Virus genome (UHGV): UHGV-0213393
Direction: 5' to 3' (one strand)
From: a virus
DNA length: 64,000 bases
Shown here: piece after piece, positions 28,440 to 37,750 of the stretch
How the letters are laid out: each line of letters starts with the position of its first letter
Position numbering within the stretch: position 1 is the stretch's first letter
Program-made: the position numbers and the translations under genes
The notes under the pieces: model-generated
The model's input: the letters and a program-made list of their open reading frames with translations, nothing else
Told to the model about the DNA's origin: nothing
Databases searched by the model: none

Positions 28440-28655
28440 ATGGCTACTATCCCTACCCCAACTCATTCTGAATTTATCTGGCGTTTCTATTCCTGCCAAA
28501 AACACCTCTATATCTGCGTAATGGCTGCTACCGAAGCAGAGGCGCGCTCATACCTTCCCGAAGAACCCTGCATTTTTGCTGCTCGCTTCACTCTTGATGC
28601 GATGGAGATCCTCAATTACTGGAATCTGCCAATGAACTGCGTGGAGGTGCACTGA
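28440..28655 (+). CDS. small protein overlapping the antirepressor start (icd-like position)
   Basis: 71-aa ORF whose stop overlaps the next ATG; arrangement recalls P1 icd-ant. Confidence 0.4.
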   Translation: MATIPTPTHSEFIWRFYSCQKHLYICVMAATEAEARSYLPEEPCIFAARFTLDAMEILNYWNLPMNCVEVH

Positions 28656-29596
28656 TGAATCTGTCCATCTCTCAAAAAGCGACAATGACCAGTATTGAGA
28701 TCGCGGAACTGGTAGGTAAGCGTCATGATAATGTGAAGCGTACCATTGAAGTATTAACTAAAGGTGGTGTCATTCAATTTCCTCAAATTGAGGAAATTGA
28801 AAATAAACAATCAGTTGGCCCTCGTCGATTTTCCAAGGCTTACATCTTTGAAGGCGAACAAGGCAAGCGCGATAGCATCATTGTCGTCGCGCAGCTCTCT
28901 CCCGAATTCACCGCCCGGCTGGTGGACCGCTGGCGCGAACTGGAGAATGCCAGGGGACCGTTAAAATCAAAAGCCGAAATCTTGGCCGAAATGGCGCAAA
29001 TGCATCTTGAGCATGAACGCCGGATCAACGCCGTTAATGCCCAGGTAGCCGAAGTATCGGCACAAGTGTCCAAAGTCGCTGAAACCGTCGAGCAAATAAA
29101 GAAAGGCAATATTCCGGAAGGCTACATTAGCTACCGCCAGTTAGCGGCAAAATGCGGCCTGACTGAAGCCAAATGCCGTAACCTGGTCAATGCGTATCGG
29201 ATTCCCACCGATACACATGAGTTTTTAACTCCCGATGGTTTGCTCGCGAGACGCTCCATTGTGGCCCTGGCCCCCTTCCGGAAAGCCTTTAAGCAGGTTA
29301 TGTCGGAGGCAGAACCACGTAACAAACGCTGGTATCATCCCAGGATGGGGCTATTTCAGGCCATTCACCATCCTGTGCCTGAAAGTCCAAAGGCAAACCT
29401 GTCGTTGCATACCGCCAGAGAGAAGATTAAAACAGGGTATGCAACCGTATGCCGTCGAGCATCCTGGCCTGAAAGTGTCTGGGTATGGCCCGAAAGAGGC
29501 TCACGGAAAAACTGGCGCACCATTCGCGACGGCAAAATCTGTGCGATTGATTTACAGCCAGAAGATGTAGCAGCGACCGACTGGATTGTTAGTTAA
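28655..29596 (+). CDS. Rha-family phage regulatory protein / antirepressor-like
   Basis: N-terminal TSIEIAELVGKRHDNVKRTIEVL matches the Rha/antirepressor N-terminal signature. Confidence 0.65.
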   Translation: MNLSISQKATMTSIEIAELVGKRHDNVKRTIEVLTKGGVIQFPQIEEIENKQSVGPRRFSKAYIFEGEQGKRDSIIVVAQLSPEFTARLVDRWRELENARGPLKSKAEILAEMAQMHLEHERRINAVNAQVAEVSAQVSKVAETVEQIKKGNIPEGYISYRQLAAKCGLTEAKCRNLVNAYRIPTDTHEFLTPDGLLARRSIVALAPFRKAFKQVMSEAEPRNKRWYHPRMGLFQAIHHPVPESPKANLSLHTAREKIKTGYATVCRRASWPESVWVWPERGSRKNWRTIRDGKICAIDLQPEDVAATDWIVS

Positions 29597-29634
29597 TAGA
29601 TTTGCCCCGGTCATGCCGGGGCTTTAACTACTAA

Positions 29635-29949
29635 GTGACCGGACACAGCAAAATGTATGCCACGAAAAAAATTGATTTCACTTATTCTTCCGCCACAATT
29701 GAGCGGCGCTTCACCCTCATTAGAGAGTTGGAACTGTCAAAAGTCTGGTATCAAATTCTACTGGATGAAGAGTTCTCACTGATGATAATGGCTGAAAAAG
29801 AAGCAATGCCGAATGACCGGCATAAAGTCATTGCCAGCCTTGACCTGGTGACAAACAGATACTGGGAGACAGAGGAACTGCGTGAAGCGGGAGTAATTCG
29901 TGACCTGATGGATAATTCCGTTCCCCGTCGTTATCGAGTAATGAGCTAA
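29635..29949 (+). CDS. hypothetical protein
   Basis: 104-aa ORF (GTG start in track; alternative ATG at 29652). Confidence 0.4.
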   Translation: MTGHSKMYATKKIDFTYSSATIERRFTLIRELELSKVWYQILLDEEFSLMIMAEKEAMPNDRHKVIASLDLVTNRYWETEELREAGVIRDLMDNSVPRRYRVMS

Positions 29950-30094
29950 AACTCACCTACACACCGTCAGGCCCAACGCTAATAAATGAAACACCCCGCT
30001 CTTAGTGTTTCAGGGAGCCAGCTCATTTTTAGCTTGGAAGCAACTTGATTATGAGCTAAGCCTGACATACACTTCAGCGAGAAAATGATCAAGT

Positions 30095-30135
30095 TAAAGA
30101 CACAAAAGCTCTGTTAAAACAGAGCTTTTGTGTCT
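30095..30135. other. perfect 17-bp stem-loop at left edge of AT-rich island
   Basis: aagacacaaaagctctg-ttaaaa-cagagcttttgtgtctt. Confidence 0.5.
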
Positions 30136-30275
30136 TTAAAACATAGATATCATGCCATATATAGTGCCAAAGTTAGTTTTAGACACTATATATATTACAA
30201 AAGGTAAAAACCGCTTCTACTTTTAACATACACAGAAAAAAAGAAAGCGGTTATAGATAAGGGAAAGGAGGGGTT

Positions 30276-30581
30276 ATGCTCTATGCGGTTCCTCAGCAAG
30301 CTTCTGATTCTTTGAAGTTGATCAAGACTGTACTTCAGCTTATAGCATCTCAACAAGAAGTGTCACAGCAGTTAAAGTTACGGGTTTATGAGGTGATCAG
30401 AGAAGCCTCAAACTTAAGTGTAGATAAAGGTGATCAACTACAGATTCCCTCTCACAGAGAGTCCATCTCGCTCGCGGTAGAAATACGCCATACTAAGGCG
30501 CTAGCCAAGGTGCTAACCAAAGTAACTAGCGAAGATATGTTAGAACCCGTAATGGCCCGGAATGTATTAGAGTACATTTAA
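30276..30581 (+). CDS. hypothetical protein, first gene of AT-rich three-gene operon
   Basis: 101-aa ORF with RBS aaggagggg; stop overlaps next start. Confidence 0.55.
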   Translation: MLYAVPQQASDSLKLIKTVLQLIASQQEVSQQLKLRVYEVIREASNLSVDKGDQLQIPSHRESISLAVEIRHTKALAKVLTKVTSEDMLEPVMARNVLEYI

Positions 30582-31666
30582 TGCTTGCATTTACACAACT
30601 TACATTAGTTCGAAATAAGCTAAGGGAGATTTCAGAATCTCCCTATTTTTCTAAAGACATGCATGAATATCTCGCTGTTCTACAAGAAGCAGCAGATAAG
30701 CTATATGAAAACCATGAGAAGGTTGCCGATGAAATAATTGCTGATTGTACTTTTTTTATCACCGATGCAGTTAATTTTTTCACTGGCAGTACTACAAAGA
30801 AAATTCCCTACGAGATTGTTTATTGCTTAAATGATGCCTGTAAAAAATGGATAAGTGAAAAAACACTTATTACAACGGCTCTATCGCCAGATATGAATGG
30901 GTTTTATTTTAAGTCTGTAAGTAAGAATTTCTACACTTTACTTAATGAAATTTTACATGTTAAATGCGATATCGAATTAATTCAGATTTCATTACCTGAA
31001 ATGTACCGAAGACGACCATTGTGCTCAACACCTTTATATCACGAGTTGGGCCACTTTGTTGATATTAGCAAAGGTATTTCTGAGCTTGCCAATCTAAACT
31101 TTCGTTCTATTAATCAAGGTACGCTTCCTGTGCCACATAAAGGTATTGAGTGGTCTAAATTACCTGATGTTATTTGGCTGAATCACTGTAGGGAGTATTT
31201 TGCAGATCTTTTCAGTGCGCAATTTGTAGGGGAAAGCGGTGTGGATTTCTTATACAAATTAGCTGGTTCTCATCCTGCAAGCGAAACTCACCCATCAACA
31301 GAAAACAGGGTTAAAGTTGTAAGCGACTTTTTGAACAAAGTGGAAAATCCAGTTATTGGCATGTTCAATGCTGTGATATCAGCCTTACATAAGGGTGGGC
31401 AAATTATTTCTCCTTGTTTGACATTGCCGACACCTTTGCTTGATGTGAAATCAGCTTTTGATAATGTGCGTCCTTTTGTTATTCGCGACCACAATGAAAT
31501 GCATGCTTTTATTAACAGCAGCTGGCAGTACTTATGCTCTGAATGGGAAAAACCTACGGGTATATGGTCTGGGTTGTCAAAAGAAGCCATAGAAAAAACT
31601 ATAAATGATTTGGTTGAAAAATCGATTCGAAACGTAATGATTCTTGAAAAATGGAATGCACAATGA
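30581..31666 (+). CDS. HExxH-motif protein, possible zinc metallopeptidase
   Basis: 361-aa ORF with PLYHELGHFVD motif; AT-rich; coupled on both sides. Confidence 0.55.
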   Translation: MLAFTQLTLVRNKLREISESPYFSKDMHEYLAVLQEAADKLYENHEKVADEIIADCTFFITDAVNFFTGSTTKKIPYEIVYCLNDACKKWISEKTLITTALSPDMNGFYFKSVSKNFYTLLNEILHVKCDIELIQISLPEMYRRRPLCSTPLYHELGHFVDISKGISELANLNFRSINQGTLPVPHKGIEWSKLPDVIWLNHCREYFADLFSAQFVGESGVDFLYKLAGSHPASETHPSTENRVKVVSDFLNKVENPVIGMFNAVISALHKGGQIISPCLTLPTPLLDVKSAFDNVRPFVIRDHNEMHAFINSSWQYLCSEWEKPTGIWSGLSKEAIEKTINDLVEKSIRNVMILEKWNAQ

Positions 31667-32280
31667 ATCTCCTAAGCAAAGCTGAATTACTGCAATATTA
31701 TGAATCAGAAGAACCTGAATCGTTGTTCATTGAACCTCTTCTAAATAAAAACCAAATTGGGAACTTCACCATAGACCTTAGACTTGGTTACGATTTTTTA
31801 GTGTCTATTATGACAAGGAAGCCGTCAATAGAGTTAATTCCCTCTAAAAACAATGATACTCATCAACCAATCAGAACATTTTTCCAGGAAACAAGGAGAG
31901 ATCTTGGGGATAGATTCATTGTTTACCCGAATCAAGTGGTACTGGCAACAACATTAGAATATGTTTGTTTGCCACCAGATTGCTACGCTGATGTATTGTC
32001 CAGAAGCAGCTATACAAGGCTTGGTCTTTCATTAAATACCATGATACAACCAGGGTACAGAGGCTGTATATCTTTAGAGTTATTTAATCATGGGAATAGC
32101 CCTGTGGAACTTATTGTTGGATCTCGCATATGTCAAATTCGTATATTCAAGAATGAAACTGTCGGTGAATACATAAGTCATGAGTCTCACAGGAAATATT
32201 TCGGAAATGTGAGGCCAACCGTCTCAGCAGCAGAAAGTGATAATGAATTAAATATGCTGGAAAAGATCCGACAAAAATGA
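31651..32280 (+). CDS. dCTP deaminase-family protein (dUTPase-fold)
   Basis: IDLRLGYDF, SRSSYTRLGL and IQPGYRGCISLELFNHG align with the E. coli Dcd catalytic Ser/Arg/Glu motifs; alternative start 31663 overlaps upstream stop. Confidence 0.7.
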   Translation: MECTMNLLSKAELLQYYESEEPESLFIEPLLNKNQIGNFTIDLRLGYDFLVSIMTRKPSIELIPSKNNDTHQPIRTFFQETRRDLGDRFIVYPNQVVLATTLEYVCLPPDCYADVLSRSSYTRLGLSLNTMIQPGYRGCISLELFNHGNSPVELIVGSRICQIRIFKNETVGEYISHESHRKYFGNVRPTVSAAESDNELNMLEKIRQK

Positions 32281-32368
32281 AAACTTTAATGCTTTATATT
32301 ATAAAAGCATACAGCGACAACGCAGCCACCAAGATGTGTTGTCGCCATGTTCAAAGTTCTAACGCAGT

Positions 32369-32761
32369 TTAAAAATCACCTGCGCGCTGTTTTTCAAGCA
32401 CAGATTTAACATTTGGCGCTTTCCCTTTAAAAGAATGGAAAGTGCCACATTTTTCTGTTTTAACCTCGCGCAGAGCTTCGCCATCGGCGTTCTGCCATTG
32501 ATGGGATAATGTCATATCACCGCGAGAAGGAACATCCAGCGAGTACAGCGTGTAAGTTCCCCCCATCTCCGCATACTACTGGAACACATAGCTCATTACG
32601 TCAGATTCAGTTTTTCGGTGTGCGTTATCAACCTTATTCCCATTCAGAAATATGGCATCTGGATAGATTTTTATATCAAACCGACCGCACTTAACTTGTA
32701 AATTTCCGGCGCTCGCGATCAAAGGGAAAGACGCCAGTAAAGCAATAGCAAATCTTTTCAA
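32369..32761 (-). pseudogene. secreted protein reading frame interrupted by an in-frame TAG
   Basis: ORFs 32576..32761 (signal peptide MKRFAIALLASFPLIASA) and 32369..32566 are in the same frame, separated by one TAG and three codons. Confidence 0.3.
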
Positions 32762-32781
32762 TTCTGCCTCCGCTGCGTAAC

Positions 32782-33405
32782 TTATTGCCCGTATTTTTTA
32801 CACCATTGCTCTGCCATTTGTTTGGCTAAAGGCCCGGCTACTGCACTGTATTCTGCTGTTTTACTTTGCACACATGAAGCAGATGGTTTTTTATTTCGCT
32901 GCTCGGTTAGTTTGCGCTCATAAGCCATCATGCTATCGAACCCGGCAATATCACTTTGGCGAAGCATTCCCTTTTTAACCAAAAATTGCTGCCCCTCTGG
33001 CACCAACGCAAGCATAAAAAGAGGTTGCAATAACTCACCTAATCCTTGCTGGCGATACACTTCGAATTGCTGCCATCCCTGACTTAATCTGGAAAGAGTA
33101 TCTTTGGTTGAATAACCTGTTTTTGTTATAGCTTTGTCCGTCAGATATGCTGTATATGCAAAAACGCAAAAGTCAGTTTTACCAATAAACTGAGTTCCAA
33201 CAGGCCGTAATAGAATGCCCTCCCTCTTGCAAAAGTCCATAATTGCCGCTTGTGAATGATCCCCACCAGCGTTATTCATAACCTGCTGTCCTGCCCTGAA
33301 TTGTGCAGGTAACGCAGTTGCATTGGCAGTATTAACAGATACGCATCCCAACATAGCCGCGAGCGCGGCCCCTAAAACCCTTAACTTCACTACACCATCC
33401 TTCAT
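32782..33405 (-). CDS. secreted/periplasmic hypothetical protein
   Basis: 207-aa ORF with N-terminal signal-peptide-like segment. Confidence 0.55.
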   Translation of the reverse strand: MKDGVVKLRVLGAALAAMLGCVSVNTANATALPAQFRAGQQVMNNAGGDHSQAAIMDFCKREGILLRPVGTQFIGKTDFCVFAYTAYLTDKAITKTGYSTKDTLSRLSQGWQQFEVYRQQGLGELLQPLFMLALVPEGQQFLVKKGMLRQSDIAGFDSMMAYERKLTEQRNKKPSASCVQSKTAEYSAVAGPLAKQMAEQWCKKYGQ

Positions 33406-33621
33406 GTAAACAAAATGAAGTTTTATGTTATAAAAACAATTAACTACATCAACATGATTTAGGCCAAATTTCGGTCAAAAAATAAAATCCACAAAAAGTG
33501 GTTGACACTATTTTGGAAATCACAAACTACACATAATCCATCGCGCTAACGGCTCCCGTTGAAGGTTCTTTTGACGATTAACTTTCAGCCGAAGCGCGGT
33601 AGGGAGTCATAACGCCAAAGC

Positions 33622-33647
33622 AGGCCGCCATGTGCGGCCTTTTTTTG
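33622..33647 (+). terminator. rho-independent terminator
   Basis: aggccgca-catg-tgcggcct followed by ttttttt. Confidence 0.7.
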
Positions 33648-33673
33648 TATCCGTCATCCGTGGAGGAAGGACA

Positions 33674-34327
33674 ATGGAAAAGATCGCAATATTCAGCCTG
33701 ACCACCAGCAAGCCTCAAATGCTCACTGCAATACTGAAAGACGGTGCTCTCATTATTAACGAAGTAAAACCCCTTCCCGCGTCAGCATTGGAGCAAAAGC
33801 AAAAAATTCCTCCAGCTATAGCAGCCCTGCGGAAAAGCAAATTTAAGGTACTGGTAGACGAAATTACGCCAACGATCTCCGCTGGCACCGGAGCAAGCCA
33901 AGTGACTCTCAAGACACGTCATGCCGATGGCAGAGCAGCAATCATCGTCGGGATGGAAAGATACAGAGAGTTAAAACTCCAGAAGCTATTATCCCTGCCG
34001 CAAAATAACAAAGGTGCTTTCGAAATCCCCGACTCTATCGTTGATACCGAATACAACGGTAACGGAGAAGAAGTCTACAGGGTGAACTGGCAGGATATCA
34101 GGCCGGAGCATATTCTGATGATCCTGTGTTGCTACGCGACCGTATACCACAACGTTGCCAGTGCGGATTACGTAGAGCAGATGACCGGGACAGTCGAGAA
34201 AGAGCAAAAAACAGGCATACTCGCTTCGTTCCTTTCCATTATTGGGCATGAAAAAGTTAAAGCAGGCACCTCCCAGCCAAAGTCACTGGCTGGGAAAGAA
34301 GTTGATGAAGATACCGTGATACTTTGA
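33674..34327 (+). CDS. hypothetical protein
   Basis: Start at MEKIAIF with RBS ggaggaagg. Confidence 0.5.
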   Translation: MEKIAIFSLTTSKPQMLTAILKDGALIINEVKPLPASALEQKQKIPPAIAALRKSKFKVLVDEITPTISAGTGASQVTLKTRHADGRAAIIVGMERYRELKLQKLLSLPQNNKGAFEIPDSIVDTEYNGNGEEVYRVNWQDIRPEHILMILCCYATVYHNVASADYVEQMTGTVEKEQKTGILASFLSIIGHEKVKAGTSQPKSLAGKEVDEDTVIL

Positions 34328-34655
34328 TCACATTAGTAGCTTTGTTAACTCCCTCAATACTAGGTAGAAGAGTAACAAAAATACTGACGCCAGTATTTGC
34401 GTGGTCAATGAGGCGTTCATAAACAGATCAATAAGCTTTAACAATTCTAGAATAACATCCATGTCATTCACTCCGTTTAATTTTTAATCTAATGCCAGCA
34501 AATGAAGCTGGCCCCCGCATAAAGATTAATGAAAGTCACTTGTCACCAATGAGGGGATTTATGAACCACATCCCCCTGAACTGGTGGCCTGTCTGTTTCT
34601 CGCATTTCACACCCTGTATACAGTTTCCCCCAGGTTATGACTGTGAGGAACTGTT

Positions 34656-34985
34656 ATGAGTTACAGCAGGCTCGACGATCGATGCATTGAAGACGATGTG
34701 CTGCGCGCACTATTCCATCAGGAGATGATCAAGCGGGTATCGGAGTATCACTCCGATAATTTCCAGTACACGATAAAAATTGATGAGGTTTATCGCTCAG
34801 ACCTGGCGGCCTATCGCGCCTATGGCAACGCTGATTTGCGCTGGGTATTTCGCGTGCTGGTGGGCCATGAGTCAGAAATGGAAGAAATGCCGGTAGGGAC
34901 AACGTTAACTCTTCCTGACGCAGCATGGCTAAGAAACAAGATTCGCGATTACGCTGGCTCGGCACCGGAGATAGAAAATGCCTGA
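34656..34985 (+). CDS. hypothetical protein
   Basis: 109-aa ORF coupled to downstream gene. Confidence 0.5.
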   Translation: MSYSRLDDRCIEDDVLRALFHQEMIKRVSEYHSDNFQYTIKIDEVYRSDLAAYRAYGNADLRWVFRVLVGHESEMEEMPVGTTLTLPDAAWLRNKIRDYAGSAPEIENA

Positions 34986-36174
34986 CTTCCTGAAAAATCA
35001 GGACGGGCGATATATCACTGACGGCCTGTCCTCTAAGGATTTCACACGCGTATTTGAACTCATCAGGAAAGAGCAAAACCGCAAACGCCGCCAGGCGCAC
35101 AGGACACTCACGCCGGGCAGGCTTAGGAATAAATCAGCCGAAGACATTCTTAAGCTGGGGAAAAAGAAAGGCGGCACGTTCTTTACGCGTGACGATCTGA
35201 AAGGCTTCGAAAAGCTGCGAAGCAAAGCACGCGAAAAATACGACAGCAAGACGGCTGGCATTACATACGCACAACTGGTAGCGTCCAGCCAGGCTATCGA
35301 TATTAAGCGAGCAAATAACGCCGTAGACGACGGTTCTGGTATCAAAAGAGCTACGCCCGTATCTCTTCGTCACAATGTGATTAATATCCGCGTGGAAGCG
35401 TCCGATATATCCGTTCACCAGCACCACATTGTCCGGGTACGTTTTGAAGAATGGGATCAGATGGTCGATGACATCGCAGAAGACGATAAATCAGCCCTGA
35501 AAGTCACAAAATCACTGTGTGCCGGGCGAGTGTCTTTCGATTGTGACTGCGGTCGCCATCAATACTGGTATCGCTACATCGCCACTGCGGGTAACTTTGC
35601 CCTGGCCCCGCCAAAAGAATACGCCTATCCAAAAGTTCGCAACCCTAAGCTGCAAGGCGTCGCCTGTAAACATGTGATCCACTCAATGACACGACTACAG
35701 TCTGCCAGTTGGCAGATGAGTATTGCTCGCGCCCTGCAAAAAGCTGCAACGCAAGTTGCCTTTGGTGACGATCGCCGCCGCACGACAAAACACTTCACAA
35801 AAGAAGACGAGAAGGCGTTCAATCGAAATCGTAGCAGCAAAACGAATGTTGAGGCAGCTAAACGTGAATGGAAGCTCTATCAGAAACGCCAGGCCGCTTT
35901 AAGCACAAAACTGGCAAAGGACAACGGCAAGATTGACAAGCTACGTGATCAGCTGACCAGGGCCAGAAAGTTGTCCGATGCACAGAAAAAACGGGCAGCA
36001 GCAAAAGAAGCAGCCTTGCAACGTGAGAAACAGAAAAACAAGGAGCTTCAGCAACGCCTTGCCGATCAATTCGCACTGAAGAAGCAAGCGTTCATTGATG
36101 CGCTGGTCATGACAGGAACGTCACCTGAGCAAGCTGAAAAAATGTTTATGGAGTATGTGAAGAAAGGTTCTTAA
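34978..36174 (+). CDS. SWIM-type zinc-finger protein with lysine-rich coiled-coil C-terminus
   Basis: CxC-x(n)-CxH pattern (DCDCGRH...ACKHV). Confidence 0.5.
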   Translation: MPDFLKNQDGRYITDGLSSKDFTRVFELIRKEQNRKRRQAHRTLTPGRLRNKSAEDILKLGKKKGGTFFTRDDLKGFEKLRSKAREKYDSKTAGITYAQLVASSQAIDIKRANNAVDDGSGIKRATPVSLRHNVINIRVEASDISVHQHHIVRVRFEEWDQMVDDIAEDDKSALKVTKSLCAGRVSFDCDCGRHQYWYRYIATAGNFALAPPKEYAYPKVRNPKLQGVACKHVIHSMTRLQSASWQMSIARALQKAATQVAFGDDRRRTTKHFTKEDEKAFNRNRSSKTNVEAAKREWKLYQKRQAALSTKLAKDNGKIDKLRDQLTRARKLSDAQKKRAAAKEAALQREKQKNKELQQRLADQFALKKQAFIDALVMTGTSPEQAEKMFMEYVKKGS

Positions 36175-36182
36175 TTTACAAC

Positions 36183-36206
36183 AAAGGCGGTTATCCCGCC
36201 TTTTAT
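36183..36206. terminator. bidirectional terminator
   Basis: aaaggcgg-ttatc-ccgcctttt between convergent genes. Confidence 0.65.
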
Positions 36207-36207
36207 A

Positions 36208-36957
36208 TTACTTGTCCTTTGATGTCGATTGAGACTCATATATTGTCTCTACGTCATCTATTAGTTTATTAATACCCCACAATCCAGTGTCTTTATAAAA
36301 ATCGCTTTCTTCAATTGCTTTTAATAAATCGGCAAAATCTTCTTGGGTGGAAATTCTTTTCTTTTTTGCTTTATATACATCGACAATTACTTTTATGCCG
36401 TGATACAGAGCCACTCTGGCACTCTCAGTCTCTCTCTTCTTCTCTTCAATTGCAGACAATAATTTATATTGATCTTCTGTTTGCTTTTCTAGACTTAAAA
36501 GCTTGCTCTCTTTTTGCTTCAAGTTGATCTGCAACTCTTTTATTCTTGCCCTCTCTTCTAAATCAAACTCATAGTCAATGTATCTAATTCTTGCATAGTT
36601 CCTGCCTGTTGCTTTTGATATATACATTGTTATATAAGGCATTACCACTGACGCAGTGGTTCCATATATAAATGGCATAACAAAATGAGCCACAAACGGA
36701 GATACAATGATGGGGCCAACATAAGGAAAGTGATATTTCTCACCAACCCATACTATAGACAATGTTGTATATATATCGTACTTTGATTTAAATAATATAA
36801 TAATATCCTGCCAGTTAACGACAAAAAAAGAAACCACAACATATGCAAACAACTTATTAAATAACTTGTCTCTTATGGCTTCTTCTATTGTGTTCCTGAC
36901 TGTGACATTTTCATCTTTATTTTCTAATGATGAATCTTTGCTCATATAAAAATTCAA
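36208..36957 (-). CDS. hypothetical membrane protein with cytoplasmic coiled-coil
   Basis: 249-aa ORF; hydrophobic helices then charged coiled-coil; strongly AT-rich. Confidence 0.55.
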   Translation of the reverse strand: MNFYMSKDSSLENKDENVTVRNTIEEAIRDKLFNKLFAYVVVSFFVVNWQDIIILFKSKYDIYTTLSIVWVGEKYHFPYVGPIIVSPFVAHFVMPFIYGTTASVVMPYITMYISKATGRNYARIRYIDYEFDLEERARIKELQINLKQKESKLLSLEKQTEDQYKLLSAIEEKKRETESARVALYHGIKVIVDVYKAKKKRISTQEDFADLLKAIEESDFYKDTGLWGINKLIDDVETIYESQSTSKDK

Positions 36958-37006
36958 ACCTTCTTATCTTTATTTTTGGTGAAGGCGGTCTTCCAGACCG
37001 CCAGAC

Positions 37007-37366
37007 TCAAACACCAACCAGGCTTTCAAGAGGAATGCCAAACTGGGAATGTAAACGACGAATCATAGGTAACGTCAAATTTCGCGTGCCATTAAGCACT
37101 TCGTAAACACGGTTTGACTTACCAATTGCCGGTTCCAGATCCTTCACTGTCAGCCCTTGCTGTTCCATACGAAACTTAATGGCTTCAATAGGTGATGGTG
37201 GCTCAATTGGGTAATGCTTTTTCTCGTACTCTTCGATGAGCAGGCACATTACTTCAAAGAAATCGCCTTCCGGTGTGTTCATTTCCGGTTCGTTATCGAA
37301 CATCGGTTCGACCGCACGCAGTGCGGCCTCATAATCTTGTTCTGTACGGATAGGTTTAATGTTCAT
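37007..37366 (-). CDS. higA: HigA-family antitoxin (HTH)
   Basis: C-terminal LTVKDLEPAIGKSNRVYEVLNGTRNLTLPMIRRLHSQFGIP parallels E. coli HigA. Confidence 0.8.
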   Translation of the reverse strand: MNIKPIRTEQDYEAALRAVEPMFDNEPEMNTPEGDFFEVMCLLIEEYEKKHYPIEPPSPIEAIKFRMEQQGLTVKDLEPAIGKSNRVYEVLNGTRNLTLPMIRRLHSQFGIPLESLVGV

Positions 37367-37369
37367 GAT

Positions 37370-37672
37370 TTACTCCAGTTCTATTGTATCCGCTTCAATG
37401 GCATCGTATTCCTTATGTGTTCCAATAAACTTAACGAACATCCATCCTCGCTGATAAGCAATTGCGACAATTAACCTGTAATCATTTCCCTTAATATTAA
37501 ACACCACGCGCCTGTTTTTAAGGATGCTGGCTGTCCGGTACTGTTCTTTGATCTCAGCCGGGTTTTTCCAGTCAGCCTTTGTTGCTTCATCAACCCATGC
37601 CTTTAATGGCTGTTCTGCATCGGGATTCTTCGCCCAGAAATCCCTTAGTGTTTTTACCGAAATTATTTTCAT
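37370..37672 (-). CDS. higB: HigB-family toxin (RelE-fold mRNA interferase)
   Basis: VVFNIKGNDYRLIVAIAY...VKFIGTHKEYD matches the HigB signature; start at MKIISVK. Confidence 0.8.
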   Translation of the reverse strand: MKIISVKTLRDFWAKNPDAEQPLKAWVDEATKADWKNPAEIKEQYRTASILKNRRVVFNIKGNDYRLIVAIAYQRGWMFVKFIGTHKEYDAIEADTIELE

Positions 37673-37699
37673 CACAGATTCCTTCTCTCTGAAAGTATA

Positions 37700-37750
37700 G
37701 TAGTCCCAATATGGGACAATGTAAAGCACTTTAGTCCCATGCTGGGATAT
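37700..37750. promoter_or_regulatory. palindromic operators in higBA promoter
   Basis: gtccca-ata-tgggac and atccca-tgc-tgggat upstream of higB. Confidence 0.55.

Noticed and set aside
29940-30058. Direct repeat ATGAGCTAA (29940 and 30050) as attachment-site duplication flanking the AT-rich island
   Set aside because: Both copies are at the left boundary only, about 110 bp apart, with no matching copy at the right edge near 32280-32370
30581-31666. Confident metallopeptidase call from HExxH alone
   Set aside because: A single HExxH can occur by chance in a 361-aa protein; kept only as a possible peptidase pending profile or structure evidence
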